Assembly (NCBI GenBank): GCA_965277405.1
Contig: OZ255726.1
Coordinates: 1,847,128-1,911,127 of the forward strand
DNA length: 64,000 bases
Direction of reading: 5' to 3'
Source: Gammaproteobacteria bacterium
GTDB lineage: Bacteria > Pseudomonadota > Gammaproteobacteria > G965277405
Positions 35,358 to 44,555 of this stretch are shown piece after piece; the first letter of the stretch is position 1, and every line of letters starts with the position of its first letter. The notes beneath the pieces are model-generated. The model saw only the letters and a program-made list of their open reading frames with translations, made no database searches and was not told where the DNA came from. A program made the translations under genes and the position numbers.

Positions 35358-38219
35358 ATGAAATATTTACTGCCAATACTAATGAGTGCCGCCCTCTTGG
35401 CGTTGTTAACCGCGGGTTGTGCTGCCGATTTGCAGCAAGGTTTAACTGCCTATAACAATAGCGACTACCCAACTGCTATTCGCGAATTACAACCGCTTGC
35501 TGAACAGGGCAATGCCGACGCCCAGTACAAGCTGGGTCTGATGTATTATAACGGAAAAGGTGTGCCGCAAGACTATAAGGCGGCGCTGCAGTGGTATAAA
35601 CTTGCCGCAGCACAGGGAGATGCCAGTTCCCAGTACAAGCTGGGTCTAATGTATGACAACGGAAAAGGTGTAGCTCAGGACTATAAGGAGGCGCTGCAGT
35701 GGTATAAACTTGCCGCAGCACAAGGACATGCCGATGCCCAGTACAATCTGGGTCTAATGTATGACAACGGAAAAGGTGTAGCTCAGGACTATAAGGAGGC
35801 GCTGCAGTGGTATGAACTTGCCGCAGCACAGGGAAAAGCCAGTGCCCAGGACAGTCTGGGTCTGATGTATTATAACGGAAAAGGTGTGCCGCAAGACTAT
35901 AAGGCGGCGCTGCAGTGGTACAAACTTGCCGCAGCACAGGGAGATGCTGTTGCCCAGTACAATCTGGGTATAATGTATGGTAATGGAAAAGGTGTAGCGC
36001 AAGACTATAAGGCGGCGCTGCAGTGGTATAAACTTGCCGCAGCACAGGGAGATGCTGACGCCCAAAACAATCTGGGAGTGATGTATGCTAACGGAACAGG
36101 TGTAGCGCAAGACTATAAGGCGGCGCTGCAGTGGTATAAACTTGCCGCAGCACAGGGAGATGCCGTAGCCCAGAACAATCTGGGTAATAAGTATAAGAAT
36201 GGAAAAGGTGTAACGCAAGACTATAATGCGGCGCTGCAGTGGTATAAACTTGCCGCAGCACAAGGTCATGCTGACGCCCAGTTTAAGCTGGGTTTAATGT
36301 ATTATAACGGAAAAGGTGTAGCGCAAGACTATAAGGCGGCACTGCAGTGGTGGAAACTTGCCGCGGCACAGGGAGATGCTGTTGCCCAGTACAATCTGGG
36401 TATAATGTATGGTAATGGAAAAGGTGTAGCGCAAGACTATAAGGCGGCGCTGCAGTGGTGGGAACTTGCCGCAGCACAGGGATATGCCAGTGCCCAGGAC
36501 AGTCTGGGTAGGATGTATAATTACGGAAAAGGTGTAGCGCAAGACTATAAGGCGGCGTTGCAGTGGTATAAACTTGCCGCAGCACAGGGATATGCCAGTG
36601 CCCAGTACAAGCTGGGTCTAATGTATGACAACGGAAAAGGTGTAGCGCAAGACGATAAGGAGGCGCTGCAGTGGTATAAACTTGCCGCAGCACAAGGACA
36701 TGCCACAGCCCAGTTCAATTTGGGTGTGATGTATAACCACGGACATGGTGTAGCGCAAGACTCTAAGGCGGCGGTGCAGTGGTGGAAACTTGCCGCAGCC
36801 CAGGGAGAAGCCGACGCCCAGTTCAATCTGGGTGTAATGTATGCTAACGGAAAAGTTGTAGCGCAAGACTATCAGGAGGCGCTGCAGTGGTATAAACTTG
36901 CCGCAGCACAGGGACATGCCAAGGCCCAGTACAATCTGGGTTGGATGTATGGAAATGGAAAAGGTGTAGCTCAAGACTCTAAGGCGGCGGTGCAGTGGTG
37001 GAAACTTGCCGCAGCACAAGGATATGCCAGTGCCCAGAACAGTCTGGGTAGGATGTATAAGTACGGAAAAGGTGTAGCGCAAGACTATCAGGCGGCGCTG
37101 CGCTGGTATAAACTTGCCGCAGCACAGGGATATGCCGCAGCACAGGACAATCTGGGAGTGATGTATAAGCATGGATACGGTGTGGCGCAAGACTCTAAGG
37201 CGGCGCTGCAGTGGTGGAAACTTGCCGCAGCACAGGGACATGCTGGCGCCAAGTTCCATTTGCGTTGGTATAAGAACGGAAAAGGTGTGCCGCAAGACTC
37301 CAAGGCGGCGCTGCAGAGGCATAAACTTGCCGCTGCACAGGGAGAAGCCGCAGCCCAGTTGAATTTGGGTTTAATGTATAAGAACGGAAAAGGTGTAGCG
37401 CAAGACTATAAGGCGGCGCTGCAGTGGTTTAAACTTGCCGCAGCACAGGGAGTTGCCAGTGCCAAGTACAATCTGGGTATAATGTATGCTAACGGAAAAG
37501 GTGTAGCGCAAGACAATAAGGAGGCGCTGCAGTGGTATAAACTTGCCGCAGCACAGGGAGATGCCATGTACCAGTTCCATCTGGGTTTCATGTATGATAA
37601 CGGAAAAGGTGTGCCGCAAGACTATAAGGCGGCGCTGCAGTGGTATAAACTTGCCGCAGCACAGGGACACGCCACAGCCCAGTTCAATCTGGGTGTAACG
37701 TATGATAACGGAAGAAAAGGTGTACCACAAGACTATAAGGCGGCGCTGCAGTGGTACAAACTTGTCGCAGCACAGGGACATGCCGTAGCCCAGACCAATC
37801 TGGGAGTGATGTATACTAACGGAAAAGGTGTATTGCAAGACTATGAGGTGGCGCTGAAGTGGTATAAACTTGCCGCAGCACAGGGAGAAGCCAACGCCCA
37901 AGCCAATCTGGGAATCATGTATGGTAGCGGAGAAGGTGTAGCGCAAGACTATCAGGCGGCGCTGCAGTGGTGGACACTTGCCGCAGCACAGAGACACGCC
38001 GGTGCCCAGTTCAATCTAGGTTGGATGTATGCTAACGGAACAGGTGTACTCCAAGATAATGTGTATGCCCATATGTGGTACAATATTGCGGCGTATAATG
38101 GCAGTGCGCAAGGAGCAAAGTTGCGAGATCGGCGTGCTAAAGTAATGACCGCTGCCCAGATCGCTAGCGCACAGCAACTTGCCCGTGAATGTGTCAAGAA
38201 AAAGTATAAGGGGTGTTGA
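35358..38219 (+). CDS. Secreted Sel1-repeat protein, expanded paralog (~26 repeats)
   Basis: It has the same signal peptide and the same first and last repeats as the short paralog, with the internal 108-bp units amplified and nearly identical at the DNA level. The ORF track begins at 35334 because of a duplicated MKYLLP codon block. The likely start is 35358. Confidence 0.8.
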   Translation: MKYLLPILMSAALLALLTAGCAADLQQGLTAYNNSDYPTAIRELQPLAEQGNADAQYKLGLMYYNGKGVPQDYKAALQWYKLAAAQGDASSQYKLGLMYDNGKGVAQDYKEALQWYKLAAAQGHADAQYNLGLMYDNGKGVAQDYKEALQWYELAAAQGKASAQDSLGLMYYNGKGVPQDYKAALQWYKLAAAQGDAVAQYNLGIMYGNGKGVAQDYKAALQWYKLAAAQGDADAQNNLGVMYANGTGVAQDYKAALQWYKLAAAQGDAVAQNNLGNKYKNGKGVTQDYNAALQWYKLAAAQGHADAQFKLGLMYYNGKGVAQDYKAALQWWKLAAAQGDAVAQYNLGIMYGNGKGVAQDYKAALQWWELAAAQGYASAQDSLGRMYNYGKGVAQDYKAALQWYKLAAAQGYASAQYKLGLMYDNGKGVAQDDKEALQWYKLAAAQGHATAQFNLGVMYNHGHGVAQDSKAAVQWWKLAAAQGEADAQFNLGVMYANGKVVAQDYQEALQWYKLAAAQGHAKAQYNLGWMYGNGKGVAQDSKAAVQWWKLAAAQGYASAQNSLGRMYKYGKGVAQDYQAALRWYKLAAAQGYAAAQDNLGVMYKHGYGVAQDSKAALQWWKLAAAQGHAGAKFHLRWYKNGKGVPQDSKAALQRHKLAAAQGEAAAQLNLGLMYKNGKGVAQDYKAALQWFKLAAAQGVASAKYNLGIMYANGKGVAQDNKEALQWYKLAAAQGDAMYQFHLGFMYDNGKGVPQDYKAALQWYKLAAAQGHATAQFNLGVTYDNGRKGVPQDYKAALQWYKLVAAQGHAVAQTNLGVMYTNGKGVLQDYEVALKWYKLAAAQGEANAQANLGIMYGSGEGVAQDYQAALQWWTLAAAQRHAGAQFNLGWMYANGTGVLQDNVYAHMWYNIAAYNGSAQGAKLRDRRAKVMTAAQIASAQQLARECVKKKYKGC

Positions 38220-38286
38220 ATAGCAGCGTTGTCAACTTGATGCTAGCTGTGCTGCCACCTTGCCAACATTGCTAGCCTAGGCTAAT

Positions 38287-38313
38287 CAGCGGACTTAATC
38301 AGACCTTCCCAAG
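38287..38313. repeat. Solo end fragment of the MITE-like element (copy f) overlapping the thiQ 3' end
   Basis: AGCGGACTTAATCAGACCTTCCCAAGG. The last ~7 codons and the TAA stop of thiQ are encoded by this fragment. Confidence 0.55.
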
Positions 38314-38918
38314 GTAACTACGTTATTTACTGCCGCTGTATCTTGCGGGTCGTGGGTTACCAGCAGCGTGGTGATCTGTTGTTGTTGGATAAAACGATAG
38401 CACCATTGGCGTAGGTCATGCCGCAGTGTTTGGTCAAGCGATGCAAACGGCTCGTCGAGCAGCAACACTTTAGGTCGCGTCACCAACGTCCGCGCGATGG
38501 CAACGCGTTGTTGTTCCCCGCCTGAAATATTGCAGACATGGCTAGTTGCCAAATGGGCGATTTGACAAGTTGCTAACATCGTCATTGCTCGCTGGCGCGC
38601 TTGTTTTTTGGGAAGTTTATACAAGCCAAAGGTAATATTGCTGAGCACATTAAGGTGGGGAAACAACGCATACTGCTGGAAGACAAAACCAACATTACGC
38701 AGTTGTGGCGGGACGGTGTGGATAGGCGTGCCGTTTAATATTATTTCGCCGCTATCACCATTTTCCAGTCCGGCAATGACCCGCAATAAAGTCGATTTAC
38801 CGCAGCCAGATGCACCCAGGACAGCGGTAATGCTCCCAGTGGCGCAGCGCAGCGAAAAGTCACTAAACAACGGCGGTTTGCCTGCAAAAGTTTTTGATAA
38901 ACGCTGTATTTCAAGCAT
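38295..38918 (-). CDS. thiQ: Thiamine ABC transporter ATP-binding protein ThiQ
   Basis: A 207-aa single ABC domain (Walker A GASGCGKST, signature ISGGEQQRV, Walker B LLLDEPF). It is the last gene of the thiB-thiP-thiQ operon with a TPP riboswitch upstream. Confidence 0.75.
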   Translation of the reverse strand: MLEIQRLSKTFAGKPPLFSDFSLRCATGSITAVLGASGCGKSTLLRVIAGLENGDSGEIILNGTPIHTVPPQLRNVGFVFQQYALFPHLNVLSNITFGLYKLPKKQARQRAMTMLATCQIAHLATSHVCNISGGEQQRVAIARTLVTRPKVLLLDEPFASLDQTLRHDLRQWCYRFIQQQQITTLLVTHDPQDTAAVNNVVTLGRSD

Positions 38919-40464
38919 ACCACACTACTGGTTGACGACCGCGCACCAACGCATACCAGGCAACTACTAGGCAGAGTAGCTCTATCGCAATCAGTTGGGC
39001 GTGAAAATGGTTGATAGCACCAGCACGGCTTATTTTCTGGTAGAGCAACGTTGTTAAAGCAAGCCATTTTGGGCGTGATAAAAACAGGGTAATGGCAAAT
39101 TCACCAATAGCGGTTGCCCCGGCAATGGTCAGCCCTTGTCGCCATACTGGTAACATTAGCGGGATGATAATTCGCAGCCAAACCCGCAAGTTTGATGCCC
39201 CAAGCGTCTGAGCTGCCTCGATATAACTGACTGATATGCGCTCGAGTGCGCTAGTCAATTGCAGACCTAATAATGGATATGCAATAAAAATATACGCGGC
39301 GAGCAACACAGTCATTGAGCCAGCAACGCCTGGGTATGCATGCAGAATCCCAACCCCGAGTAAAACTGGAGATATAAGCCATGGCAGGAGAAAGACGCCA
39401 CGCATCCATCGCCAACGCAGCGTACAAATTGCATGCAGCCATGCCAAGACGCTGGCTCCTACTGCCGTAATAAGCGTAAACGTCAGCGTATTTATCCAAG
39501 CAGCACGATGCTGAGCAGAGCTGAATAATTGCCAACTGCTGGACCATGACCAGTCGATAATCGGTGACAACAACGCCAGCAGTATTGGGGTAATACACAC
39601 GCAACAAAACACGCTGATGATTACGCTAATACCACTGCGTTGCTGCCATGTTGTCAGCGGTTTTGTTGCCAGCGGCTGCGGTGTGTGTTGGTGGCGTATA
39701 TGGCTATGCAGCCATGCATATATTGCGATCAATATGCCGCCTAGCGTCAACAGGGTCAGCGCCAACACTGTTGCTGCGCTAATTTTGAGTTGGTGGGCGA
39801 GCAAAGAATAAATCTCAACTTCAATGGTCGCATGGCGAAACCCAGACAGCATTATTGCCAAGCTAAAATTGCTGCTGCAGAAGGCGACGACCAATACTAA
39901 GCAGGTGGATAATTGCGCAGCTATTAACCGCAGTTCGAGGATAAAAAAACGTCGGGTATTGCTAAAACCAAGTAATGTCGCTGCTGCAAGCAGCGGTTTT
40001 GGCAGTGAAGAAAATGCTTTTTGGCAGGTAATTGCGACAAACCCTGCGTTAAAAAACACATTGCCAAATATCAACAGCAATGGATGTTGTTCATGCCATA
40101 TCAACAAGATACCTTGTGCCGCGACTAATGTTGGCATGACAAAGGGAAGCAACAAGCTGCGTTCGATTATTTGCTGCCCAAAGAAATGAAAACGTGCCAA
40201 CACCCAGCCGAGGGCCACACCAATCAACCCAGCGGCGGCGGCACTTGCCAACGCCTGTCCGATGGTCCATGCCAGCACCCGCTGATAATAACGCTCTTGT
40301 AACATAGCCCAAGGGAGTGATTCCGCGTGGCTGAGCAATCCAGCCAACGGAATCACCACAATGAAGGTAACCATAGTTGCCACTGCAACCAAGCTGAGGA
40401 CTGCCAATCGTGTAGCAACAAGCAGGTGGATTGTTATTCTCCACGAATCATAATAGCAATCCAT
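38911..40464 (-). CDS. thiP: Thiamine ABC transporter permease ThiP (duplicated permease domain)
   Basis: A 517-aa two-module permease with about 12 TM helices, in the ThiP-type architecture between thiB and thiQ. Confidence 0.75.
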   Translation of the reverse strand: MDCYYDSWRITIHLLVATRLAVLSLVAVATMVTFIVVIPLAGLLSHAESLPWAMLQERYYQRVLAWTIGQALASAAAAGLIGVALGWVLARFHFFGQQIIERSLLLPFVMPTLVAAQGILLIWHEQHPLLLIFGNVFFNAGFVAITCQKAFSSLPKPLLAAATLLGFSNTRRFFILELRLIAAQLSTCLVLVVAFCSSNFSLAIMLSGFRHATIEVEIYSLLAHQLKISAATVLALTLLTLGGILIAIYAWLHSHIRHQHTPQPLATKPLTTWQQRSGISVIISVFCCVCITPILLALLSPIIDWSWSSSWQLFSSAQHRAAWINTLTFTLITAVGASVLAWLHAICTLRWRWMRGVFLLPWLISPVLLGVGILHAYPGVAGSMTVLLAAYIFIAYPLLGLQLTSALERISVSYIEAAQTLGASNLRVWLRIIIPLMLPVWRQGLTIAGATAIGEFAITLFLSRPKWLALTTLLYQKISRAGAINHFHAQLIAIELLCLVVAWYALVRGRQPVVWYA

Positions 40465-41480
40465 TCGCTAATCCAACGCGCAGAATTTTCGCGTATTGTA
40501 ATACGAGTTGGAGTATTGGTTGATTGTGGTTGCCCAGCTTCGCGCAGCAGTGGCAGCACAGTTGCGTCTGCATTGGCAGGAAGCATCCACATCGTTGTTT
40601 GCAACGCTGCTTGGGTGCGTACTGAGCGTATGAAGTTGATGAATTTTGCTGCATGGGTGGCGTCGCCGCCTGCGATAACACCTATGCCTTCAACTTGATG
40701 GAAGGCAATGTCATTTAAAAACAAATTTGCCGTTGGGGCTGTGGTTGGCTGGCTATCAACGTAATACATCTCGGCGGCAGGGCTTGACGCATAACTGACA
40801 ACCAACGGTCGATCACCACCGTTACGCGAAAAACTTTGGTAGTATGCTGCGCTCCAGCCTTTGGTAATGGCAACGCCGTTATCGCGGGCTGAACGCCACC
40901 ATCGGAACGCGGCGTCCTCGCCAAGCGCGGCGATGGTTATACACAGCCACGCGAACCCAGGGCTCGATGTTGCTGGATGTTCTACAACGAGCAACTTGGC
41001 AAATTGTGGCTGCGCAAGTTGTGCAAGAGATTGCGGTAGCGCAATATTGTTGTCTGCAAACCATGCCGTATCATAGTTTAAAGTAACGTAGCCATGGTCA
41101 ACCGCAGCAAGCGTTGCTGGTAAGTCAAAATTAGCAGAATGGTTGATTGGGGTAACCGCTGTTGGTAATGGCGCCAGTAATTGATGCTTTGTTGCGGTTG
41201 CAGCGAGCGCGTTGTCAATTCCATATACAATGTCAGCGATTGGTTGCGCTGCGGTGAGTACCATGGTATTAACCATCGCCCCAGCGTCGCCTGCTTGGAT
41301 AACCTCAACGGTGATGTTGTGTTTTTTTTCAAACTCCTCGAGCATCCCTGTTGGCAATGAGAAAGAGTCGTGGGTAAGCAGCCTGATGGATGCTGCAAAT
41401 GCGGGGGATGCGCTGCCCAACGCTGCCACAATACAAGATATTGTCAGCAAAACTTTAAGCGCACGGAATGATGGTATCAT
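40434..41480 (-). CDS. thiB: Thiamine/TPP periplasmic binding protein ThiB (TbpA)
   Basis: 348 aa with a signal peptide and a substrate-binding-protein fold. It is the first gene after the TPP riboswitch. Confidence 0.75.
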   Translation of the reverse strand: MIPSFRALKVLLTISCIVAALGSASPAFAASIRLLTHDSFSLPTGMLEEFEKKHNITVEVIQAGDAGAMVNTMVLTAAQPIADIVYGIDNALAATATKHQLLAPLPTAVTPINHSANFDLPATLAAVDHGYVTLNYDTAWFADNNIALPQSLAQLAQPQFAKLLVVEHPATSSPGFAWLCITIAALGEDAAFRWWRSARDNGVAITKGWSAAYYQSFSRNGGDRPLVVSYASSPAAEMYYVDSQPTTAPTANLFLNDIAFHQVEGIGVIAGGDATHAAKFINFIRSVRTQAALQTTMWMLPANADATVLPLLREAGQPQSTNTPTRITIRENSARWISEWIAIMIRGE

Positions 41481-41521
41481 GAGTACTCCTGATGAATGAA
41501 CAAAAAAAAATATCAGCAGTA

Positions 41522-41600
41522 CTCATCTCCCTTCGCTGGTATTAACCAGTGCAGGTTCGGAGGGTATTTCTCAGCCATATAGCACCCCTGATGTTGGTTT
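41522..41600 (-). promoter_or_regulatory. TPP (THI-box) riboswitch in the thiBPQ leader
   Basis: The minus-strand sequence reads …CATCAGGGGTGCTATATGGCTGAGAAATACCCTCCGAACCTGCACTGGTTAATACCAGCGAAGGGAG…, which carries the GGGGUGC, CUGAGA, GAACCUG and UAAUACCAGCG…GGGA THI-box hallmarks. Confidence 0.8.
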
Positions 41601-41629
41601 GAGTATATCCTTACAGCAAATAATATCTA

Positions 41630-42577
41630 GTGCTTATGCCCCAGTTTCGTTTTCAAATTCCAATGCAAGCTACTGCTCGACGCATCGACCAGGTTGCAGC
41701 GCAATTCTTTCCTGATTTCTCCCGCAGCCACCTCAGCAAATGTATCCGCAATGGCGCGTTGACCGTCGATGGTGAGAATGTCAAAAACAGCCATATTGTC
41801 CTTGGTGGGGAGAATGTAGCGTTGGTGGTGGAGGCAAATACGTCGACTACAGTGCAGGCAGAAACCGGTGAAATAGACGTAGTGTATCAAGATGAAGCAA
41901 TTGCCGTTCTCAATAAACCCGCAGGATTGGTGATGCACCCTGGCGCTGGCAATCAAACTGGCACATTGGTTAACCGTGTCTTGCACCATTTTCCAGCATT
42001 GCATGATGTTACCCGCCATGGCTTAGTCCACCGTTTGGACAAAGATACCACGGGGCTGTTAATAGTTGCACTTAACAATGCAGCGTATAACAATTTGATT
42101 GCACAGCTGGCTTTGCGCAGGGTGTCGCGTCAGTATCTGGCAATAGTTGTTGGGCGGGTGCAGGCTGGGCGGCGTATCGAAAACACCATTGGTCGCGATG
42201 CTAATAATCGGCAACGTATGGCAGTGTTGAGTGACCTTGCTGCGACTTCGCGCGGGAAATATGCGGTAACCGCAGTAGCACCGCTTGAGTTGTTTGACGG
42301 GGCAACATTGCTGCGCTGTACCTTGCATACTGGCAGAACGCATCAAATACGCGTCCATTTGCACCATATTGGTTTTCCAGTTGTTGGCGACCAAACATAT
42401 GGTATTAAGCGTAACTGTTTGCGCCATTTACCCAAGGAACTAATAGACTTTCCCCGCCAAGCACTGCATGCAACTGAATTGGGGTTGTTACACCCAATAA
42501 CCCACGCAGCCTGCCAGTGGCAGGTAGCTGTTCCGCAAGATTTTTCGACGTTGCTGGCAAGCTTACGAGATGGATAG
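41630..42577 (+). CDS. rluD: 23S rRNA pseudouridine synthase RluD
   Basis: An S4 domain plus RluA-family catalytic motifs (…HRLDKDTTGLLIVA…, …GRTHQIRVH…), with a length of 315 aa. Confidence 0.85.
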   Translation: MLMPQFRFQIPMQATARRIDQVAAQFFPDFSRSHLSKCIRNGALTVDGENVKNSHIVLGGENVALVVEANTSTTVQAETGEIDVVYQDEAIAVLNKPAGLVMHPGAGNQTGTLVNRVLHHFPALHDVTRHGLVHRLDKDTTGLLIVALNNAAYNNLIAQLALRRVSRQYLAIVVGRVQAGRRIENTIGRDANNRQRMAVLSDLAATSRGKYAVTAVAPLELFDGATLLRCTLHTGRTHQIRVHLHHIGFPVVGDQTYGIKRNCLRHLPKELIDFPRQALHATELGLLHPITHAACQWQVAVPQDFSTLLASLRDG

Positions 42578-42589
42578 GCAGAATTAACT

Positions 42590-43285
42590 ATGGATGTCAT
42601 TCGCCCGTTGGCAAATGTATTGGTAACTACCCGCAAGCAGGGTGCTGCTAGCGCACCGTATTACCGCGGTAACCTTGCTCAACATGTTGGTGACGACGCG
42701 CAGGCGGTGGCACAAAATCGTCTAGCTGTGCAACAGCTATTACCTGCAAACACGGCAATTCAATGGATGCAGCAAGTGCACGGCAGCGATGTGGTGGCAA
42801 TAGCTAGCGTGAGCAGCGGTATTGTTGCCGATGGGGTGTGGACGACCCAGCGCAATATTGCCCTCGCAGTGATGACAGCAGATTGTGTGCCTGTTGTGTT
42901 GCACAGCAACGAGGCAATTGCGGTATTGCATTGTGGCTGGCGCAGTATTGCAGGTGGGATTATTAGCAAAGCATTGCAACAGTTACAGCGGTATACAACA
43001 TTTAAGGCGTGGATCGGCCCTGCAATTTGCCAGTGCTGCTATCAAGTAGATGCTCCCGTGCGCGACGCAATGTTAGCGCTCGATGCCAGCAATGAGCAAT
43101 ATTGTGTTGCCGATGGCAGCCAGCACTGGAAAATTGATTTACCAGCGCTAGTGGCATCCCAGTTAGCAGGGTACGCAGTGGCAGTAACCCAATCTGGATT
43201 TTGCACATACCATCAACCAGAGCTGTGGTTTTCGCATCGTCACAGTCGACAATGTGGGCGGTTTGCAACGATGGTGTGGCGATGA
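42590..43285 (+). CDS. pgeF: Peptidoglycan editing factor PgeF (YfiH, laccase-domain protein)
   Basis: …ADCVPVVLHS…VLHCGWRS… is the YfiH/DUF152 His-Cys-His pattern. The conserved rluD-yfiH synteny supports the call. Confidence 0.75.
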   Translation: MDVIRPLANVLVTTRKQGAASAPYYRGNLAQHVGDDAQAVAQNRLAVQQLLPANTAIQWMQQVHGSDVVAIASVSSGIVADGVWTTQRNIALAVMTADCVPVVLHSNEAIAVLHCGWRSIAGGIISKALQQLQRYTTFKAWIGPAICQCCYQVDAPVRDAMLALDASNEQYCVADGSQHWKIDLPALVASQLAGYAVAVTQSGFCTYHQPELWFSHRHSRQCGRFATMVWR

Positions 43286-44415
43286 ATATTGGCATGATTG
43301 CTGGTGAAATTTCTGCTGACATATTGGGGGCTGGGTTAATTCAACAACTCCAGCATCAATCCAACAATAGTTGTACGTTTGTTGGTGTGGGTGGCGAGCA
43401 AATGGTGCAACAAGGGCTTGAGTGTCTGGTGCCAATGCAGGAGCTAACCACATTCGGCATTGTTGAGGCTATGCAACATTTACCACGATTATTGCGGATA
43501 CAAAAAAGCCTGAAGCATACGTTACTCGAACGCAAACTCGATGTGTTTATCGGCATTGACTTGCCTGATTTTAACATTGGCATCGAGCGCTATTTAAAAA
43601 AAAATGGTATTTGTGTCGTGCATTATGTCAGCCCAACGGTGTGGGCATGGCGGCAACAGCGTGTCCATCAGTTTGGTAAAGCCTGTAACCTGATGCTATG
43701 CATGTATCCGTTTGAACCTGAAATCTACCAACGCTTTGGCTATACCGCAACTTTTGTTGGGCATCCACTTGCCGATGCTATTCCTCCACAGCGTGATCAA
43801 GCGCAGGCCAAGGCTAATCTCCAACTCCAGGCGGGGACGGTTATCGCCTTGCTCGCAGGTTCGCGTAGCAGTGAAGTCAACAATGTATTCGATGCGTTCT
43901 ACGCAGGCACGCAACAATTCTTAGCTACGCAAACCTCAGCGCAAATTGTCATCGCAGCAGCAACTCAACAGCTTGCTACGTTGATGCAGCAGCAGATACA
44001 GCCAGTAAATAGCAATACTAAAATTGTTGTTGGCAAGACCAGGCAGGTTCTTGCAGCAGCAGATATTGCCTTGGTGTGTTCTGGTACGGCAACGCTTGAA
44101 GCGTGTTTGCTCAAAGTGCCGATGGTTGTTGGCTATAAAATGCATTGGGCATCATATTTGGTGTTAAAAATGCTGGTGCGCACCACATGGGTTGCCCAGC
44201 CAAACTGGCTCGCTGATGAATGTATTGCCCCAGAATTGTTGCAAAGTGCACTCAACTCTGCAGCAATTTGCCAGCGGTTGACAGAGGTGTTTGCGCGCAA
44301 CCAGACAGAAAAAAACTATTACCAAACAGCGTGCACGAATATTTATACCAAGTTACGCCAAGGTGCATCGACGCTAGCGGCGCGTGCGGTGCTGGAGCAT
44401 TCGCAGCAGCAATAA
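43282..44415 (+). CDS. lpxB: Lipid-A-disaccharide synthase LpxB
   Basis: The start MNIGMIAGEISADILG… is the LpxB N-terminal signature and overlaps the pgeF stop. The ORF from 43201 is an overlap artefact. Confidence 0.8.
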   Translation: MNIGMIAGEISADILGAGLIQQLQHQSNNSCTFVGVGGEQMVQQGLECLVPMQELTTFGIVEAMQHLPRLLRIQKSLKHTLLERKLDVFIGIDLPDFNIGIERYLKKNGICVVHYVSPTVWAWRQQRVHQFGKACNLMLCMYPFEPEIYQRFGYTATFVGHPLADAIPPQRDQAQAKANLQLQAGTVIALLAGSRSSEVNNVFDAFYAGTQQFLATQTSAQIVIAAATQQLATLMQQQIQPVNSNTKIVVGKTRQVLAAADIALVCSGTATLEACLLKVPMVVGYKMHWASYLVLKMLVRTTWVAQPNWLADECIAPELLQSALNSAAICQRLTEVFARNQTEKNYYQTACTNIYTKLRQGASTLAARAVLEHSQQQ

Positions 44416-44424
44416 TAGCCGTTA

Positions 44425-44518
44425 AGGCAGCTCTGATTAAGTCCATGACGGGGGAGACGGAGCAAAAACGCTGATGATAACTTAAGCGCATGCGTAGCTA
44501 ACATTGGTGGGTATTATC
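44425..44518. repeat. Solo end fragment of the MITE-like element (copy d, A-type end)
   Basis: GGCAGCTCTGATTAAGTCCATGACGGGGGAGACGGAGCAAAAACGCTGATGATAACTTAAGCGCA… matches the A-type end of copies a and b. Confidence 0.6.
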
Positions 44519-44555
44519 AATTGACCAGCCGTTACAGACAAGGCGTAGCAAATGG

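Larger units (their letters stand above)
33372..38330. repeat. Tandem segmental duplication (two units: ~33372..34950 and ~34972..38330) carrying the Sel1-repeat genes
   Basis: Both units contain the last ~40 bp of the trm112-like gene, a ~350 bp near-identical leader (33420..33771 against 35015..35357), a Sel1 gene with identical N- and C-terminal coding ends, an identical ~75 bp downstream segment and a MITE-end fragment. Confidence 0.8.

Noticed and set aside
35476-37997. Numerous minus-strand ORFs of 60-230 aa antisense to the Sel1 genes
   Set aside because: All are generated by the same 108-bp repeat and share the same peptide motif. They are antisense shadows of a strongly periodic coding repeat, not genes.
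33772-38219. Possibility that the highly regular repeat array is a CRISPR array
   Set aside because: The repeat units are 108 bp, contiguous with no unique spacers, in frame, and encode Sel1 repeats within long ORFs bearing a signal peptide.
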